A stretch of 64,000 nucleotides of DNA from an uncultured Ignavibacteria bacterium (GCA_964588305.1 CAZPOP010000004.1:26470-90469), one strand, 5' to 3'. Counted from the first letter of the stretch, positions 9,106 to 19,060 are shown. A program made the numbers and translations. The notes: a model not told the origin generated them from the letters alone.

Positions 9106-11562
9106 ATGAAAAGCTATCCATTCAAAGAGATCGAATCCAAATGGCAGAAAATCTGGGCGGAATCGAAATTATACAAGGCTCCTGAGCACCCTGAAAAGAA
9201 ATACTACGTGCTAGTGATGTTTGCCTATCCCTCAGGCGACATCCACATAGGGCACTTCCGGAACTTCATCATCGGAGACGTGGTAGCAAGACATAAGATG
9301 ATGCAAGGGTATCAGATACTGCATCCGTTCGGCTGGGATTCGTTCGGCCTTCCCGCGGAGTTGGCGGCCATCAAAAGAGGGATTCATCCTCGGGAGTGGA
9401 CCGCGCAGAACATCAGCATCTCCAGATCAACTTTGAAAAAATGCGGCATCAGCTTTGACTGGGACCGGGAGGTTATCACCTCCAACCCGGATTACTATAA
9501 ATGGACCCAATGGATGTTTCTGAAACTCTATGAGAATAACTTGGCTTACAGGGAGAAATCGTATGTCAACTGGTGCCCTGACTGCAAGACGGTTCTGGCC
9601 AACGAACAGGTGGAGCAAGGTAGGTGCTGGAAGTGTGAATCTCCGGTAGGGAAGAAGGAGCTGGAACAGTGGTTTTTCCGCATCACCGCATACGCTGACA
9701 GGCTTCTGAAGGATCTGGAGAAGCTGGACGGGTGGGCCAAGAATGCCAAAATTCTTCAAAGAAATTGGATCGGAAGAAGTGAAGGGTTGGAGATCGACTT
9801 TGGCGTCGAGAATTCAGGTCAGAAGATATCAGTTTTTACCACCAGGCCAGATACCATTTATGGAGTTACGTTCATGGCCATCGCTCCGGAGAATAAGCTG
9901 CTTAGGAAGCTGAAAATGGATTCGAAGCATAAGAAGGCGGTGGAAGACTATATAGAAGAGGCAAGCAAGAAGACGGAGATAGAAAGGTCGGCGCTAGGGG
10001 AGAAGGATGGCGTTTTCACCGGAGTGTACGCAGTAAACCCGCTTTCAGGCGATAAGGTTCAACTCTGGGTGGCAGACTACGTTCTGGCAACCTACGGCAC
10101 GGGAATTGTGATGGGAGTTCCGGGACATGACCAGAGGGATTTTGAATTTTCCAAGAAATACGGCATACCGATTAAAGTTGTGATTCAGCCTCCCGGAGTT
10201 AAGCTGTTAGCTGACAATATGACAGAGGCCTACGTTGAACCCGGAACTATGGTCAACTCTGATATATTCGATGGCCTTTATTCTGTGGACGGAATTAAGA
10301 AGATAAATGAATATGTCGTTGAAAAGAAGCTGGGAAGGCTAAAGGTTAATTATAAGCTGAGGGACTGGCTGATTTCCCGCCAGAGGTACTGGGGTGCGCC
10401 CATTCCCATGATTCACTGCGAAAAGTGCGGAGTTATCCCGGTGGATGAATCAGATTTGCCGATCTTGCTTCCTGCAGGCGATGCGGACTTTCTGCCCAAA
10501 GGTCGGTCGCCGCTGGAAGACGCAGAGGAATTCATAAATACCGATTGCCCGAGGTGCGGAGGAAAGGCAAGAAGAGATACGGACACCATGGATACTTTTG
10601 TCTGCTCATCCTGGTATTTCCTGAGATATACGGATGCTCGTAATGAGAAAGAGCCCTTTTCCAAGGAGAAAGCCAGGCAATGGCTACCTGTGGACAAATA
10701 CATTGGTGGAATCGAGCATGCCTGCGGGCATTTGTTATACTTCAGGTTCTTCACCAAGTTCCTGCACGACATTGGCTGGCTGGACATAGATGAACCAGCT
10801 CTTGAGCTTTTTAATCACGGCATGGTCCTGGACAGAGGAGGGAAGGTGATGTCCAAGTCGGTGGGCAATGTCGTTTCTCCGATTGATATACTCGAAAAGC
10901 ACGGCGTAGATATCTCCCGAATAGCCATGTATTTTGCGGCGCCCTCCGAGAGAGAGATATTGTGGAGTGACGAGGGCATTGTGGGCGCAACCAGGTTCCT
11001 GAACAGGATATACACATTTGCTGAGAAGGCTTCCCCAAAGAAGATAATAGATACGATTAAGGTGGACGAGTTAACTGGCAGTGAATTACAGGCTTACAGA
11101 AAGCTGAACCAGACGATAAAGAAGGTCGAGGAGGATATCGGAGCCCTGCAATTGAATACCGCTGTTGCCTTTATGATGGAGCTTTTGAACGTGATGGATG
11201 ATCTGAATCCTGCGGCTTCCAAGGTTTTTTCGTTGTGCGTAGAGAGATTAGCTCAGATTTTGGCTCCATTCGCACCGCATTTAAGCGAAGAGATTTGGTC
11301 GAGATTGGGTCACATGGAAAGTATCTTCAAGTCTGAATGGCCAGCTTATGATGAAGATGCAATTCAGGAGGATGAAGTTACTATCGCCGTGCAGGTTAAC
11401 GGGAAGCTGAGGACTACAATCAGCTTTCCTATAAATACAGCCGAAGAAGAGGTTAAGAAGACCGCTTTGGAGGACGAGAGAGTCAAGAGATTCACTGATG
11501 ATAAGAAAATAGTGAAAACGATCTTCATTCCTGATAAGTTGATGAATGTGGTTGTGAGGTGA
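9106..11562 (+). CDS. leuS: Leucyl-tRNA synthetase
   Basis: 818 aa with a HIGH-type motif (DIHIGH), KMSKS and the CP1 editing domain. TGA stop. Confidence 0.97.
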   Translation: MKSYPFKEIESKWQKIWAESKLYKAPEHPEKKYYVLVMFAYPSGDIHIGHFRNFIIGDVVARHKMMQGYQILHPFGWDSFGLPAELAAIKRGIHPREWTAQNISISRSTLKKCGISFDWDREVITSNPDYYKWTQWMFLKLYENNLAYREKSYVNWCPDCKTVLANEQVEQGRCWKCESPVGKKELEQWFFRITAYADRLLKDLEKLDGWAKNAKILQRNWIGRSEGLEIDFGVENSGQKISVFTTRPDTIYGVTFMAIAPENKLLRKLKMDSKHKKAVEDYIEEASKKTEIERSALGEKDGVFTGVYAVNPLSGDKVQLWVADYVLATYGTGIVMGVPGHDQRDFEFSKKYGIPIKVVIQPPGVKLLADNMTEAYVEPGTMVNSDIFDGLYSVDGIKKINEYVVEKKLGRLKVNYKLRDWLISRQRYWGAPIPMIHCEKCGVIPVDESDLPILLPAGDADFLPKGRSPLEDAEEFINTDCPRCGGKARRDTDTMDTFVCSSWYFLRYTDARNEKEPFSKEKARQWLPVDKYIGGIEHACGHLLYFRFFTKFLHDIGWLDIDEPALELFNHGMVLDRGGKVMSKSVGNVVSPIDILEKHGVDISRIAMYFAAPSEREILWSDEGIVGATRFLNRIYTFAEKASPKKIIDTIKVDELTGSELQAYRKLNQTIKKVEEDIGALQLNTAVAFMMELLNVMDDLNPAASKVFSLCVERLAQILAPFAPHLSEEIWSRLGHMESIFKSEWPAYDEDAIQEDEVTIAVQVNGKLRTTISFPINTAEEEVKKTALEDERVKRFTDDKKIVKTIFIPDKLMNVVVR

Positions 11563-11852
11563 GGTAGGGGTAGGGGAAGGGGGTGGTATTTGAATAGACG
11601 CACGAAGTTGTGTTGGGTGGGTTTTTGTGTTTGGGTGTGTTTGGTATAAGGGGAGGTTTACATAATATATGTTATAGGACATTCATTTGTCGGAACAGCG
11701 AGGTAAGAGTGTCGGGTTCACATCAGGGAAAACATGTAAGAGGTGTCGGGTTTTGAAGGTTCATGCGGAGTGAAGTTTTACTGGAGAGAGATCAGCTGTA
11801 AGGGTTTGATCAGCTGACGAACGCAAGCAAACTGAAAGGAGGGTCTGTACCG

Positions 11853-12455
11853 ATGAAGAACCATCTCCGGCGTCTGTTTGAAAGGGGAGCAATCCCTCAA
11901 CGAACCGTGTTGCTTATGGGCATTCTTGTGGCGGTGACAGCAGCGGTGTGGATGGTTTTCTGGGGAGTTGGCACGTTTGCGATGCCTGTGGGGACTAGGG
12001 AAATATTCTTTCAGGCGATGCTTGAGGGAGGGACGGTGATGCTGACGGTCATGATTGGAGTGGCAACTGTGATTCTGATGTATGAGCAGACCAGGGCTAG
12101 CGCAAGACAGTGGAAAATTGCAGTGTGGGACAAGAGGTATACGATATACGAGGAAACCATGAAGTTTCTGGCAGGGGTGGCGCGTAGTGCTCGCACCACA
12201 CGGGAGGAACTGACGGGTTTCCTGAGGGGAACGCGGGCTAGGTCGTTTCTTTTCGGAGAAGATATCGAAAGACACTTAGAGGCGGTATATGAGACAGGGA
12301 ACCGCATGTTACTGCTGCAGGCAAAACTGGAGCATGGGCGGGTGGATGAGGTGAAGCTGGAGCTGGAACTACAAGACTTGGTTGAGTGGTGTATCAAGGC
12401 GGAAGAGATATCCAGGGAGATGTTCCAGGAGTATCTATCCGTCAGGGAAAAGTGA
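11853..12455 (+). CDS. Hypothetical membrane protein (two or more TM helices plus a charged helical C-terminal half)
   Basis: 200-aa ORF with AAAGGAGG 8 nt upstream of the ATG. No family recognised. Confidence 0.5.
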   Translation: MKNHLRRLFERGAIPQRTVLLMGILVAVTAAVWMVFWGVGTFAMPVGTREIFFQAMLEGGTVMLTVMIGVATVILMYEQTRASARQWKIAVWDKRYTIYEETMKFLAGVARSARTTREELTGFLRGTRARSFLFGEDIERHLEAVYETGNRMLLLQAKLEHGRVDEVKLELELQDLVEWCIKAEEISREMFQEYLSVREK

Positions 12456-12744
12456 AATACTCGGCGGTTCCTGATCCAGTCAGGTAAATGCGGATTTTAA
12501 GAACCGTTTTTGCACAACGATAGCGGTTTTCAGACCGCGTTGGGAGAACCGACGTCTTTTTTCGCTTATTCTGTTAAGCTGTTCCCCGGTATGGACCAAT
12601 GGGGGAAGATAGCTCGTGCCGAATCTCGGCGTGAGACAAGTCTCGCTACTCCGCCTTCGTACACCGTTGGAGAGAGGATAAGTCACACAAAGACAGACGA
12701 CCAAGGCTTTCGGCAGAGCAAGCTCTGCCACTACGGTCGCAGTG

Positions 12745-13134
12745 TCAGATATTAATCTTTTCTGCTAAATCGCCGATGAAGGGGATTTTCCAGTCTTTTC
12801 CCTGGACAGTGAAGTATATCCCGGTAACGGCAGAAGCCAAGCACAAAACTACTACCATACCCCAGAAGAGCTCGCTTATTCTGGGAAGAAGAAAGATGAC
12901 CGCTATTATCTCAATGATGAACAAGATCAAACCCTGCTTTCCGTGTTTTACCGCAAAAGGATTGTCCTTCATCTTGATCAGCGGCACAAAACACATGAAG
13001 GGAACGTATCCCAAAATAGCAGCCGCTTTTCCCTCCTCTATTATTTCTTTTTCCTTTTCGGGGTCCATCCCGGGCTCGGCAGGTCCTTTTGCTTTTTCAT
13101 TGGCCTCACTGGCACCACAAATCTGCTCAGACAT
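12745..13134 (-). CDS. Small membrane protein, DUF4870-like
   Basis: 129 aa with an acidic N-terminus followed by hydrophobic helices (ILGYVPFMCFVPLI...GLILFIIEIIAVIFL). Confidence 0.55.
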   Translation of the reverse strand: MSEQICGASEANEKAKGPAEPGMDPEKEKEIIEEGKAAAILGYVPFMCFVPLIKMKDNPFAVKHGKQGLILFIIEIIAVIFLLPRISELFWGMVVVLCLASAVTGIYFTVQGKDWKIPFIGDLAEKINI

Positions 13135-13230
13135 GATTGCCTCCTTATGTTCTTCTAATTCAAACGTAATGGAGTTTGTTGCCTTCTATTTCATTCCCCC
13201 TCGCCCCGAGCCTCTCCCCTACTGTAAATT

Positions 13231-15510
13231 CTATACTCCCCAGAAGAGCGGCTTGCCTTCCTGAACGGGAAGATCGAATCTGATCACGTCGACTGCAGGC
13301 CATCTCTCCTGCTCTTTTTCTGCCTTCATTACTATCAAACGAAACCACACGCCTTTTTGTTCCTTAAACTCTAAAAGCTCGATCGGGACGGACAACTCCA
13401 TTGTTTTAACAAACGAAAAGTCCAAATCAGAGGAAATCACCTTCCAGTCCGATTCGTCCATTCTTCTAAGAAGAGCGGCCTTGTCATTCTTGATTGATAT
13501 TCTATGCCGAGGTGGTTCGATGAATTCTAAGATGAATTCGTAAGCCTCGCTTATGTATTTTTCATTCGGCACAGCGGCATCGATTCTAAAATACAGGTTT
13601 TTGTGGTCGAACCCAAAGAATATTCTTGACGTCTCACTGACAGCCCGATGCATGGCGCCGCCTGATTTGAGGCAGTCAAAGACGCCGGCCTGTTGCCATT
13701 CGTAATAGTGGGTGTTCTTGCCATCTATGACTGGTCTCACATATCCGGTGGGAGATAGAAAATAGGTTGAGACAAACTTGGATTTTATTGATTGGTAGAG
13801 CATCTCCGGGGGTTCCTCACCAATCAACTCGTAAACATATAGGAGGTGCGACCTGAAGATGCGGTCAAATTCATCGGTGCCGGCTCCCTGGTGTTCGTCT
13901 CCATACCACCAACACCAATCACTTCCTTCGGCGATGTAAATCTCATTCCAGGCTTTTTCCAAAATCTCCTTCGTCCGGGGTTTTCCCTTCACCTTGTGTT
14001 GATACGAAACCAGAGCGTCTCTGCTCATCTTTAAAAGATCCCACGCCAAATTATCCTCCGGATGCCCGATCCAAATTCTGAAGTTGTGGTTTATCCAGGA
14101 GCCGGCGAAAAGCCGAGGGAGCCTCTCGAATTTTTCCGTCCTTTCCAGGAAGGCACTTACCGTGGTGGTCCTCAGAAGCTTGTCCTCTGATAATCCGGCA
14201 TACAGCGCGGAGAGAAAATCATGCCCATCGTTTTGATAATATTCCCAGCAATTCTCGCCGTCCAGAATCACGCTGACCAAACATTGGGATAGATCTTCTT
14301 GCGGAAGGCTCTCCCTTGTCTTGTGCAGTCTTTCGATGAAGTCATCTGCTGCACGCTGTGGATCCCAGCTGGAATAAACAAAGCCGATAAGATCGGAAAG
14401 GGTATGATCCCTGAAGATGATGGAGAGTTCGCTCCCCTCTGTCGATATTCTGTATGGTCTATAGAGGAGACCTGCTCCACGTGAAACGGATTTAGTCGAC
14501 CGTGCTCTTGCCAACATGTTGCTGTAATATAAAATCTCCTCATCCGTGGCAATCCATCTCACGCCGAATTTGGCCACTCGGGGAAGAATGTCTTCGCTTA
14601 CGCTTCCCTCGGAAGGCCACATCCCCTTAGGTCTTTGGCCAAAAGTCTTTTCGTATAGTTTTACACCCAGATCTATCTGGGCTTCAAGATCTTCGGGGTG
14701 GGAGAATCTGTCCTTTGGCAGCTGGATATTGGGGAGGGCAAGTCTGGCCACATCGGTATCGCATATCAAGGGTGAGATGGGGTGGAAATAAGGGGAAAAG
14801 GTCACCTCGATTTGCCCTTTGTCTTGCAGTTCCCGGTACTTGGGCAGGATCAGACCCAGTATTTCTCTCTGTTTGGATATCAGACGATTCTTGTCCTCTT
14901 CGGTGAAGCCTGCTCCTTTTTTCAGCAGGTAGGAGATCAGCCGGTCCTTCTTGAAAATGGGGTCCACCCAGGCCAGGTTTGACCATACCTGCAAATCCAA
15001 AAAATCCTGAACTTCAAAATCCTGCACCGCCGATTTTGAGTCATACGAATCCTCTCCCCTCTTCTTCAGAAGTTGGTAGAATCTTGGGTGGGGATAGATC
15101 ATGGTCTTATGATTGCAGCTGAAGAAGGTGGAAAGCATCTTCTCTTTTTCTGCCCGGGTCAGATCTTTGGCTGGTTTTTCGGTCAGGAGAAGATGTTCGT
15201 CATAGGCCTGGTTGGAGGCGTAATCCTGAATTTGCTCGATTAAGGAGGGGACCAGGTTGAAGGTTTGGCGGATGGAAGGATAATCGTCCAGTTTGGCTGC
15301 CATGTCGAAATAGTCTTTGAGCGAGTGCAGCCTCACCCAAGGCAGCTGATACTCATTGCTCTTTGCATCCTTGTAATAGGGTTGATGCATGTGCCATAAG
15401 AAAGCTACCCGAAGCACCTGCGATTCACCCTTTCCCCTGCCCTGCAAGACCGGGGAGGGACCTTCTTGAGAGGAGATATCTGGATCATCTGCGAATGCAT
15501 GTTGAGGCAT
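13231..15510 (-). CDS. Glycoside hydrolase family 57 alpha-glucan enzyme (amylase / 4-alpha-glucanotransferase type)
   Basis: FLWHMHQPYYKD N-terminal GH57 signature. 759 aa with a long C-terminal extension. Confidence 0.85.
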   Translation of the reverse strand: MPQHAFADDPDISSQEGPSPVLQGRGKGESQVLRVAFLWHMHQPYYKDAKSNEYQLPWVRLHSLKDYFDMAAKLDDYPSIRQTFNLVPSLIEQIQDYASNQAYDEHLLLTEKPAKDLTRAEKEKMLSTFFSCNHKTMIYPHPRFYQLLKKRGEDSYDSKSAVQDFEVQDFLDLQVWSNLAWVDPIFKKDRLISYLLKKGAGFTEEDKNRLISKQREILGLILPKYRELQDKGQIEVTFSPYFHPISPLICDTDVARLALPNIQLPKDRFSHPEDLEAQIDLGVKLYEKTFGQRPKGMWPSEGSVSEDILPRVAKFGVRWIATDEEILYYSNMLARARSTKSVSRGAGLLYRPYRISTEGSELSIIFRDHTLSDLIGFVYSSWDPQRAADDFIERLHKTRESLPQEDLSQCLVSVILDGENCWEYYQNDGHDFLSALYAGLSEDKLLRTTTVSAFLERTEKFERLPRLFAGSWINHNFRIWIGHPEDNLAWDLLKMSRDALVSYQHKVKGKPRTKEILEKAWNEIYIAEGSDWCWWYGDEHQGAGTDEFDRIFRSHLLYVYELIGEEPPEMLYQSIKSKFVSTYFLSPTGYVRPVIDGKNTHYYEWQQAGVFDCLKSGGAMHRAVSETSRIFFGFDHKNLYFRIDAAVPNEKYISEAYEFILEFIEPPRHRISIKNDKAALLRRMDESDWKVISSDLDFSFVKTMELSVPIELLEFKEQKGVWFRLIVMKAEKEQERWPAVDVIRFDLPVQEGKPLFWGV

Positions 15511-15516
15511 GTTAAA

Positions 15517-16188
15517 TCACAAGAGTTGGCTTTCTGCCAACTGCTCTCTGGCTTTGTGGAATTCTTTGGAATCCGGATATTGGTCGAGCAGGCGCTCGAA
15601 AGCTTGTTTTGCTTTCTCCTTTTGGTTGGCTTTCAGGTAGGCTCGCCCTGCAGAAAGGAGATACTGCGGAGCGAGTAAACCATCAGGTTTGGCGGAGACC
15701 GCCTTGAGGAAATTATCTCCTGCCGCCTCGAATGTCCCGCTCTGCATATCACATTCTGCAATTCCAGCTTGAGCTGAGGCTAGGGAGAGCGGGTCCTCCG
15801 AATACTCTTCCACAAACCTTTGAAAGGTGGCTTTGGCGGTGGCGTAATCCTTGGCGTAGAAGTAGGCAGTAGCTAGGTAAAAGGTTGCCGGCCCGCCGCT
15901 TTTGGTCCCGCCGTATTTCTCCGTCACCGTATGCAAGTCGGTTATCGCTTGACTGGCATTACCTGCCTGGAATTCCATGGTAGCTTTCCCGAAAAGATCA
16001 GCTGCCTTTTGCTCTCTCCTCGTCCGTGAGGAGAAAACAAAGAAAACCACGACGGCCACCAGCACCACCGCGCCAGCGACCATCAGCACCTGATTCAGGT
16101 GCTTTTGGAGCCATTCTGATAATTTGAATGCTGTGGTAACCAGCTTGTCTTCCTTCATGTCTTTTTTGGTTATCCTTCTGGGACTCAT
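15517..16188 (-). CDS. Membrane-anchored tetratricopeptide-repeat protein (YfgM-like architecture)
   Basis: One N-terminal TM helix followed by TPR-like helical repeats. Confidence 0.65.
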   Translation of the reverse strand: MSPRRITKKDMKEDKLVTTAFKLSEWLQKHLNQVLMVAGAVVLVAVVVFFVFSSRTRREQKAADLFGKATMEFQAGNASQAITDLHTVTEKYGGTKSGGPATFYLATAYFYAKDYATAKATFQRFVEEYSEDPLSLASAQAGIAECDMQSGTFEAAGDNFLKAVSAKPDGLLAPQYLLSAGRAYLKANQKEKAKQAFERLLDQYPDSKEFHKAREQLAESQLL

Positions 16189-16387
16189 CGCAGATTTCTC
16201 CTAATGATAAGTTTTCGAAAAAAGCGTCGTCTGAAAACGGGCGCGTCTTCGAGGTTTGATTTGAGAATAGAATCTTCTAGCATAGCTGATCGTAATCACA
16301 TTTAGAAAGAAGAATTGCTTAACCCGAGTTCCCTTATGCAAACAGTCCGTTCTGTAGGACATCATCAGTGTGTGTGCGGCTCGGCAC

Positions 16388-16436
16388 AAAAAAAGCGAAG
16401 CCCTCTCCCTTGTTGCGGAAGACTTCGCTTTTTTTC
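16388..16436 (-). terminator. Candidate bidirectional intrinsic terminator downstream of the OMP gene
   Basis: A-run, stem GCGAAG...CTTCGC, then T-run. Lies 16 nt past the stop at 16452. Confidence 0.5.
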
Positions 16437-16451
16437 TCAAAACCACATGCC

Positions 16452-18008
16452 CTAGAAAAATCCGGTGAAACTCACGATTACCCGACTGTAGTCGTAAGTT
16501 TTCTTGCTGGAAAATGTTTCTTCATACCACGATTCGGAAAATACCTTGTTTGCACGATCAAGAATCTTAAAGCTGGTAGAGACTATCCTTTCTACATCGT
16601 CATATCGGGCATGTTCATAAGTGACATCAAACCTTATCTGGCTCCAGCCTATACCTGTTCCGAAAGCAAGCACACTGCCATCCACCCACGATCCTTTCTC
16701 GACTCCGTAATTAGACTGTATATGGGTAGGCATATAGCTAGGCTCTCCACCAATGTAAGTCAGGTCCGTGCGAATGAAGACCTCACTTGAGTCAACTTGG
16801 GTTTTGAAAAGCTTGGGATCGTTTCTATAACCGGCTCTCAAAGGAATGCTTCCGAATTTGGTGTCTATGGTGTATTCACCCCCAACTCGAAACTGAGTTA
16901 CGTTCCTCCAGCCCAAGCTTGTGGTTACTTTTTCCGCAACGGGATTGGCCAGGTCTTCCCGATAGGTCAGCTCGGCCTTGGAGTAGTTTCTGAATTCCAC
17001 ATCTGCTGCAAGGGTCAGAGATTTTATCTGATACGAGGTGCCGAAGCCAATCATGCTGGGCATCTTCCATTCCCTGTCAGTCTTAAAAAGGGGTGATATG
17101 GAACGAGAGGTCGGCTCATTGACTATTCCGTATTCGATGTAATCAGCAAGAAGCTGGACGTCGTTATCCTCTTTCAAGGTGAAGGGGGTTTTAACAACGC
17201 CTGCCAGACAAAGTTTGTTTATCGAGTACATTGCCCCTATGGTGAAATTGAATCCGGAATAGTCGCTTTCGATGGTAGGATGAAACCTGAATCCGCTGCG
17301 CCCGAACGGATTGACTTCATCATCACCAACCGGCAAGAAGAAATCCACATCACTGGTGAAGTTTCCATTATAAATATTGACCCCGGCTCCCAGGGAAAGA
17401 GACCTAACCCCTATCCCTAAGGAGGCGACGATTTGATCCAATCTACCTGTGACGTTTTCATCTATCGGGGGAAGCAAATAATTCTGGACCGTATCGTAGT
17501 CCACCGCCGTAAGGTATTTGTTCTCCTGATAGACGTCCGCCAATCTCTGATAAAGCACACTTCCGACGACTTCTTTCTCTCCGAGCTTAAACGGGATGAC
17601 AACGCTGGCAAATGAAAGAGCGTTGAGATCATGCTCTAGCTCCACACTGGAGCTGTAGTCCCAAGTCTCCGAAATGGCCGCGGAGGTGTAATCTGTCCGG
17701 TGCTTGGTAGAGCTGAAGGTGAGGTTCATCTGAGATTTGTCCATGTGGGAAAGTCCGGCGGGATTCCACGAGGCGGCAGAGGGGTCATCAGAGACTGCAA
17801 AAAACGCACCTCCCATCCCCCTGGCCTTGGCTCCGCCACCCACAAAATTGTAGTCTGTCAGCTGCAAAGGTGAAAGAAAGAAATCCTGTACGGTAAAATA
17901 CCCAATGGTATCCACCTCCACCTCCCGCCCGAATTTCTGCCCCCCTGAGGCTGAGACAGAAACAAGCAATGAAACCGCTATGATCAGACCCGAAAGCTTT
18001 GACGTCAT
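16452..18008 (-). CDS. Outer-membrane beta-barrel protein (FadL/PorV-like N-terminal motif)
   Basis: Signal peptide, ARGMGGAFFAVSDDPSAASWNPAGL motif, alternating beta-strand pattern, C-terminal ...SFTGFF. TAG stop. Confidence 0.7.
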   Translation of the reverse strand: MTSKLSGLIIAVSLLVSVSASGGQKFGREVEVDTIGYFTVQDFFLSPLQLTDYNFVGGGAKARGMGGAFFAVSDDPSAASWNPAGLSHMDKSQMNLTFSSTKHRTDYTSAAISETWDYSSSVELEHDLNALSFASVVIPFKLGEKEVVGSVLYQRLADVYQENKYLTAVDYDTVQNYLLPPIDENVTGRLDQIVASLGIGVRSLSLGAGVNIYNGNFTSDVDFFLPVGDDEVNPFGRSGFRFHPTIESDYSGFNFTIGAMYSINKLCLAGVVKTPFTLKEDNDVQLLADYIEYGIVNEPTSRSISPLFKTDREWKMPSMIGFGTSYQIKSLTLAADVEFRNYSKAELTYREDLANPVAEKVTTSLGWRNVTQFRVGGEYTIDTKFGSIPLRAGYRNDPKLFKTQVDSSEVFIRTDLTYIGGEPSYMPTHIQSNYGVEKGSWVDGSVLAFGTGIGWSQIRFDVTYEHARYDDVERIVSTSFKILDRANKVFSESWYEETFSSKKTYDYSRVIVSFTGFF

Positions 18009-18097
18009 TTTATCTTGCTCCTTGCTTGAAGTTAACCTATAACTCTATTCAAATTTTCCTCTCCCGCGAGGCGGGACTGCGCATAAATCAGATATGC

Positions 18098-18125
18098 AAT
18101 ATATTTCTTTCCGAAAGATTGTCAA
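18098..18125 (-). promoter_or_regulatory. Sigma70-like promoter candidate for the OMP gene (TTGACA-N16-TATATT)
   Basis: Reverse complement reads TTGACAatctttcggaaagaaaTATATT, about 90 nt upstream of the ATG at 18008. Confidence 0.4.
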
Positions 18126-18213
18126 GCAGATTCTAACAAATCTCCATTTTCTTTTTGGGCAGCCGTTTTCATCCCGTATGACCCATTGTTTGATGATCGG
18201 AGACTGTTTTTCA

Positions 18214-18288
18214 TACCCCCGGCCCGACTCGAACGGGCGACCAAAGGTTTAGGAAACCTCTGCTCTATCCAAACTGAGCTACGGGGGC
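18214..18288 (-). tRNA. tRNA-Arg (anticodon CCT)
   Basis: Hand-folded cloverleaf: GCCCCCG/TA/GCTC-AGTTTGGATA-GAGC/A/GAGGT-TTCCTAA-ACCTT/TGGTC/GCCCG-TTCGAGT-CGGGC/CGGGGGT/A. CCA not encoded. Confidence 0.9.
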
Positions 18289-18296
18289 GCTAATTC

Positions 18297-18331
18297 GGTT
18301 CACAGGTCAAGGTTCATGCTTCACGGTTCCC
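18297..18331 (+). repeat. Five tandem degenerate heptamers: GGTTCAC AGGTCAA GGTTCAT GCTTCAC GGTTCCC
   Basis: Read directly; period 7. Begins 9 nt from the 5' end of tRNA-Arg. Confidence 0.6.
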
Positions 18332-18514
18332 CTTCCCTCGCTGCCGCTACTTCCTTTCACCTTACCCCCTATCTCCCCCTCTCCGTTTTTTGCAGACCCG
18401 GACGGGGGAGAGAGACTTGTAGGTCTACCATCCTCGCGTCTGATGAACTGTTGGCGATCCCTTTGTTTTGTCGAGCAGGTCTCGCCATGCTTGACCTACG
18501 GACCTTCTTTACGT

Positions 18515-19060
18515 TCACTCTTGGTCATATTTTATCAGGGTGAAGAGGTCGTAACTCCCTAATTTCTCGCGACCTTTCAAGAATGCCAATTCAATCATCA
18601 CCAAGACCCCAGCCACACCTCCACGCAATTTCTCCACCAGCTTGCAGGCGGCTTGGATGGTGCCGCCGGTGGCTAATAGATCGTCAACGATCAAAACACT
18701 CTGTCCGGGAAGGATGGCGTCCTTATGTATCTCCAGTGTATCCGTGCCATACTCCAAATCATATTTCTCGATCACCGTATCGGCCGGCAGCTTGCCAAAT
18801 TTCCTTATGGGAACAAAACCAACTTTAAGTTTATTGGCTAGGGCTCCCCCGAAAATGAAGCCCCTGGACTCGACCGCAGCAACTAAGTCCACCTTCTTGC
18901 CTTTGCATATCTCATAAAAGATGTTAATCACCTTATCAAAGGCGTCGCCGTCTTTTATCAGAGTGGTGATGTCCCTGAAAACCACACCCTTTTTGGGATA
19001 GTCAGGGACATTCCTTACAAGCTGGGTTAACCTTTCCGTGTCTAATTGAATTTCTCCCAT
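18515..19060 (-). CDS. apt: Adenine phosphoribosyltransferase
   Basis: YPKKGVVFRDIT and the VLIVDDLLATGGT PRPP-binding motif. ATG 19060 (MGEIQLD...) preferred over the extended 19186 start. Confidence 0.9.
   Translation of the reverse strand: MGEIQLDTERLTQLVRNVPDYPKKGVVFRDITTLIKDGDAFDKVINIFYEICKGKKVDLVAAVESRGFIFGGALANKLKVGFVPIRKFGKLPADTVIEKYDLEYGTDTLEIHKDAILPGQSVLIVDDLLATGGTIQAACKLVEKLRGGVAGVLVMIELAFLKGREKLGSYDLFTLIKYDQE

Noticed and set aside
12456-12744. Known housekeeping RNAs (SRP/4.5S, tmRNA, RNase P, 6S) in the convergent spacer. The minus strand has GGTTCTCCCAACGC, reminiscent of the 5' part of 4.5S RNA.
   Set aside because: The conserved SRP domain IV sequence (GGAA tetraloop with AGCAGC-type flank), the RNase P GGAAAGTCCGG core and the tmRNA ends are all absent. 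It is kept only as an unassigned structured region.
16201-16446. Intergenic ORFs 16201..16446, 16368..16790, 18316..18543, 53618..53866, 53833..54048 and 58169..58693.
   Set aside because: No RBS, and biased non-protein-like composition. They span terminators, promoters or repeat arrays, or lie antisense to the OMP gene.
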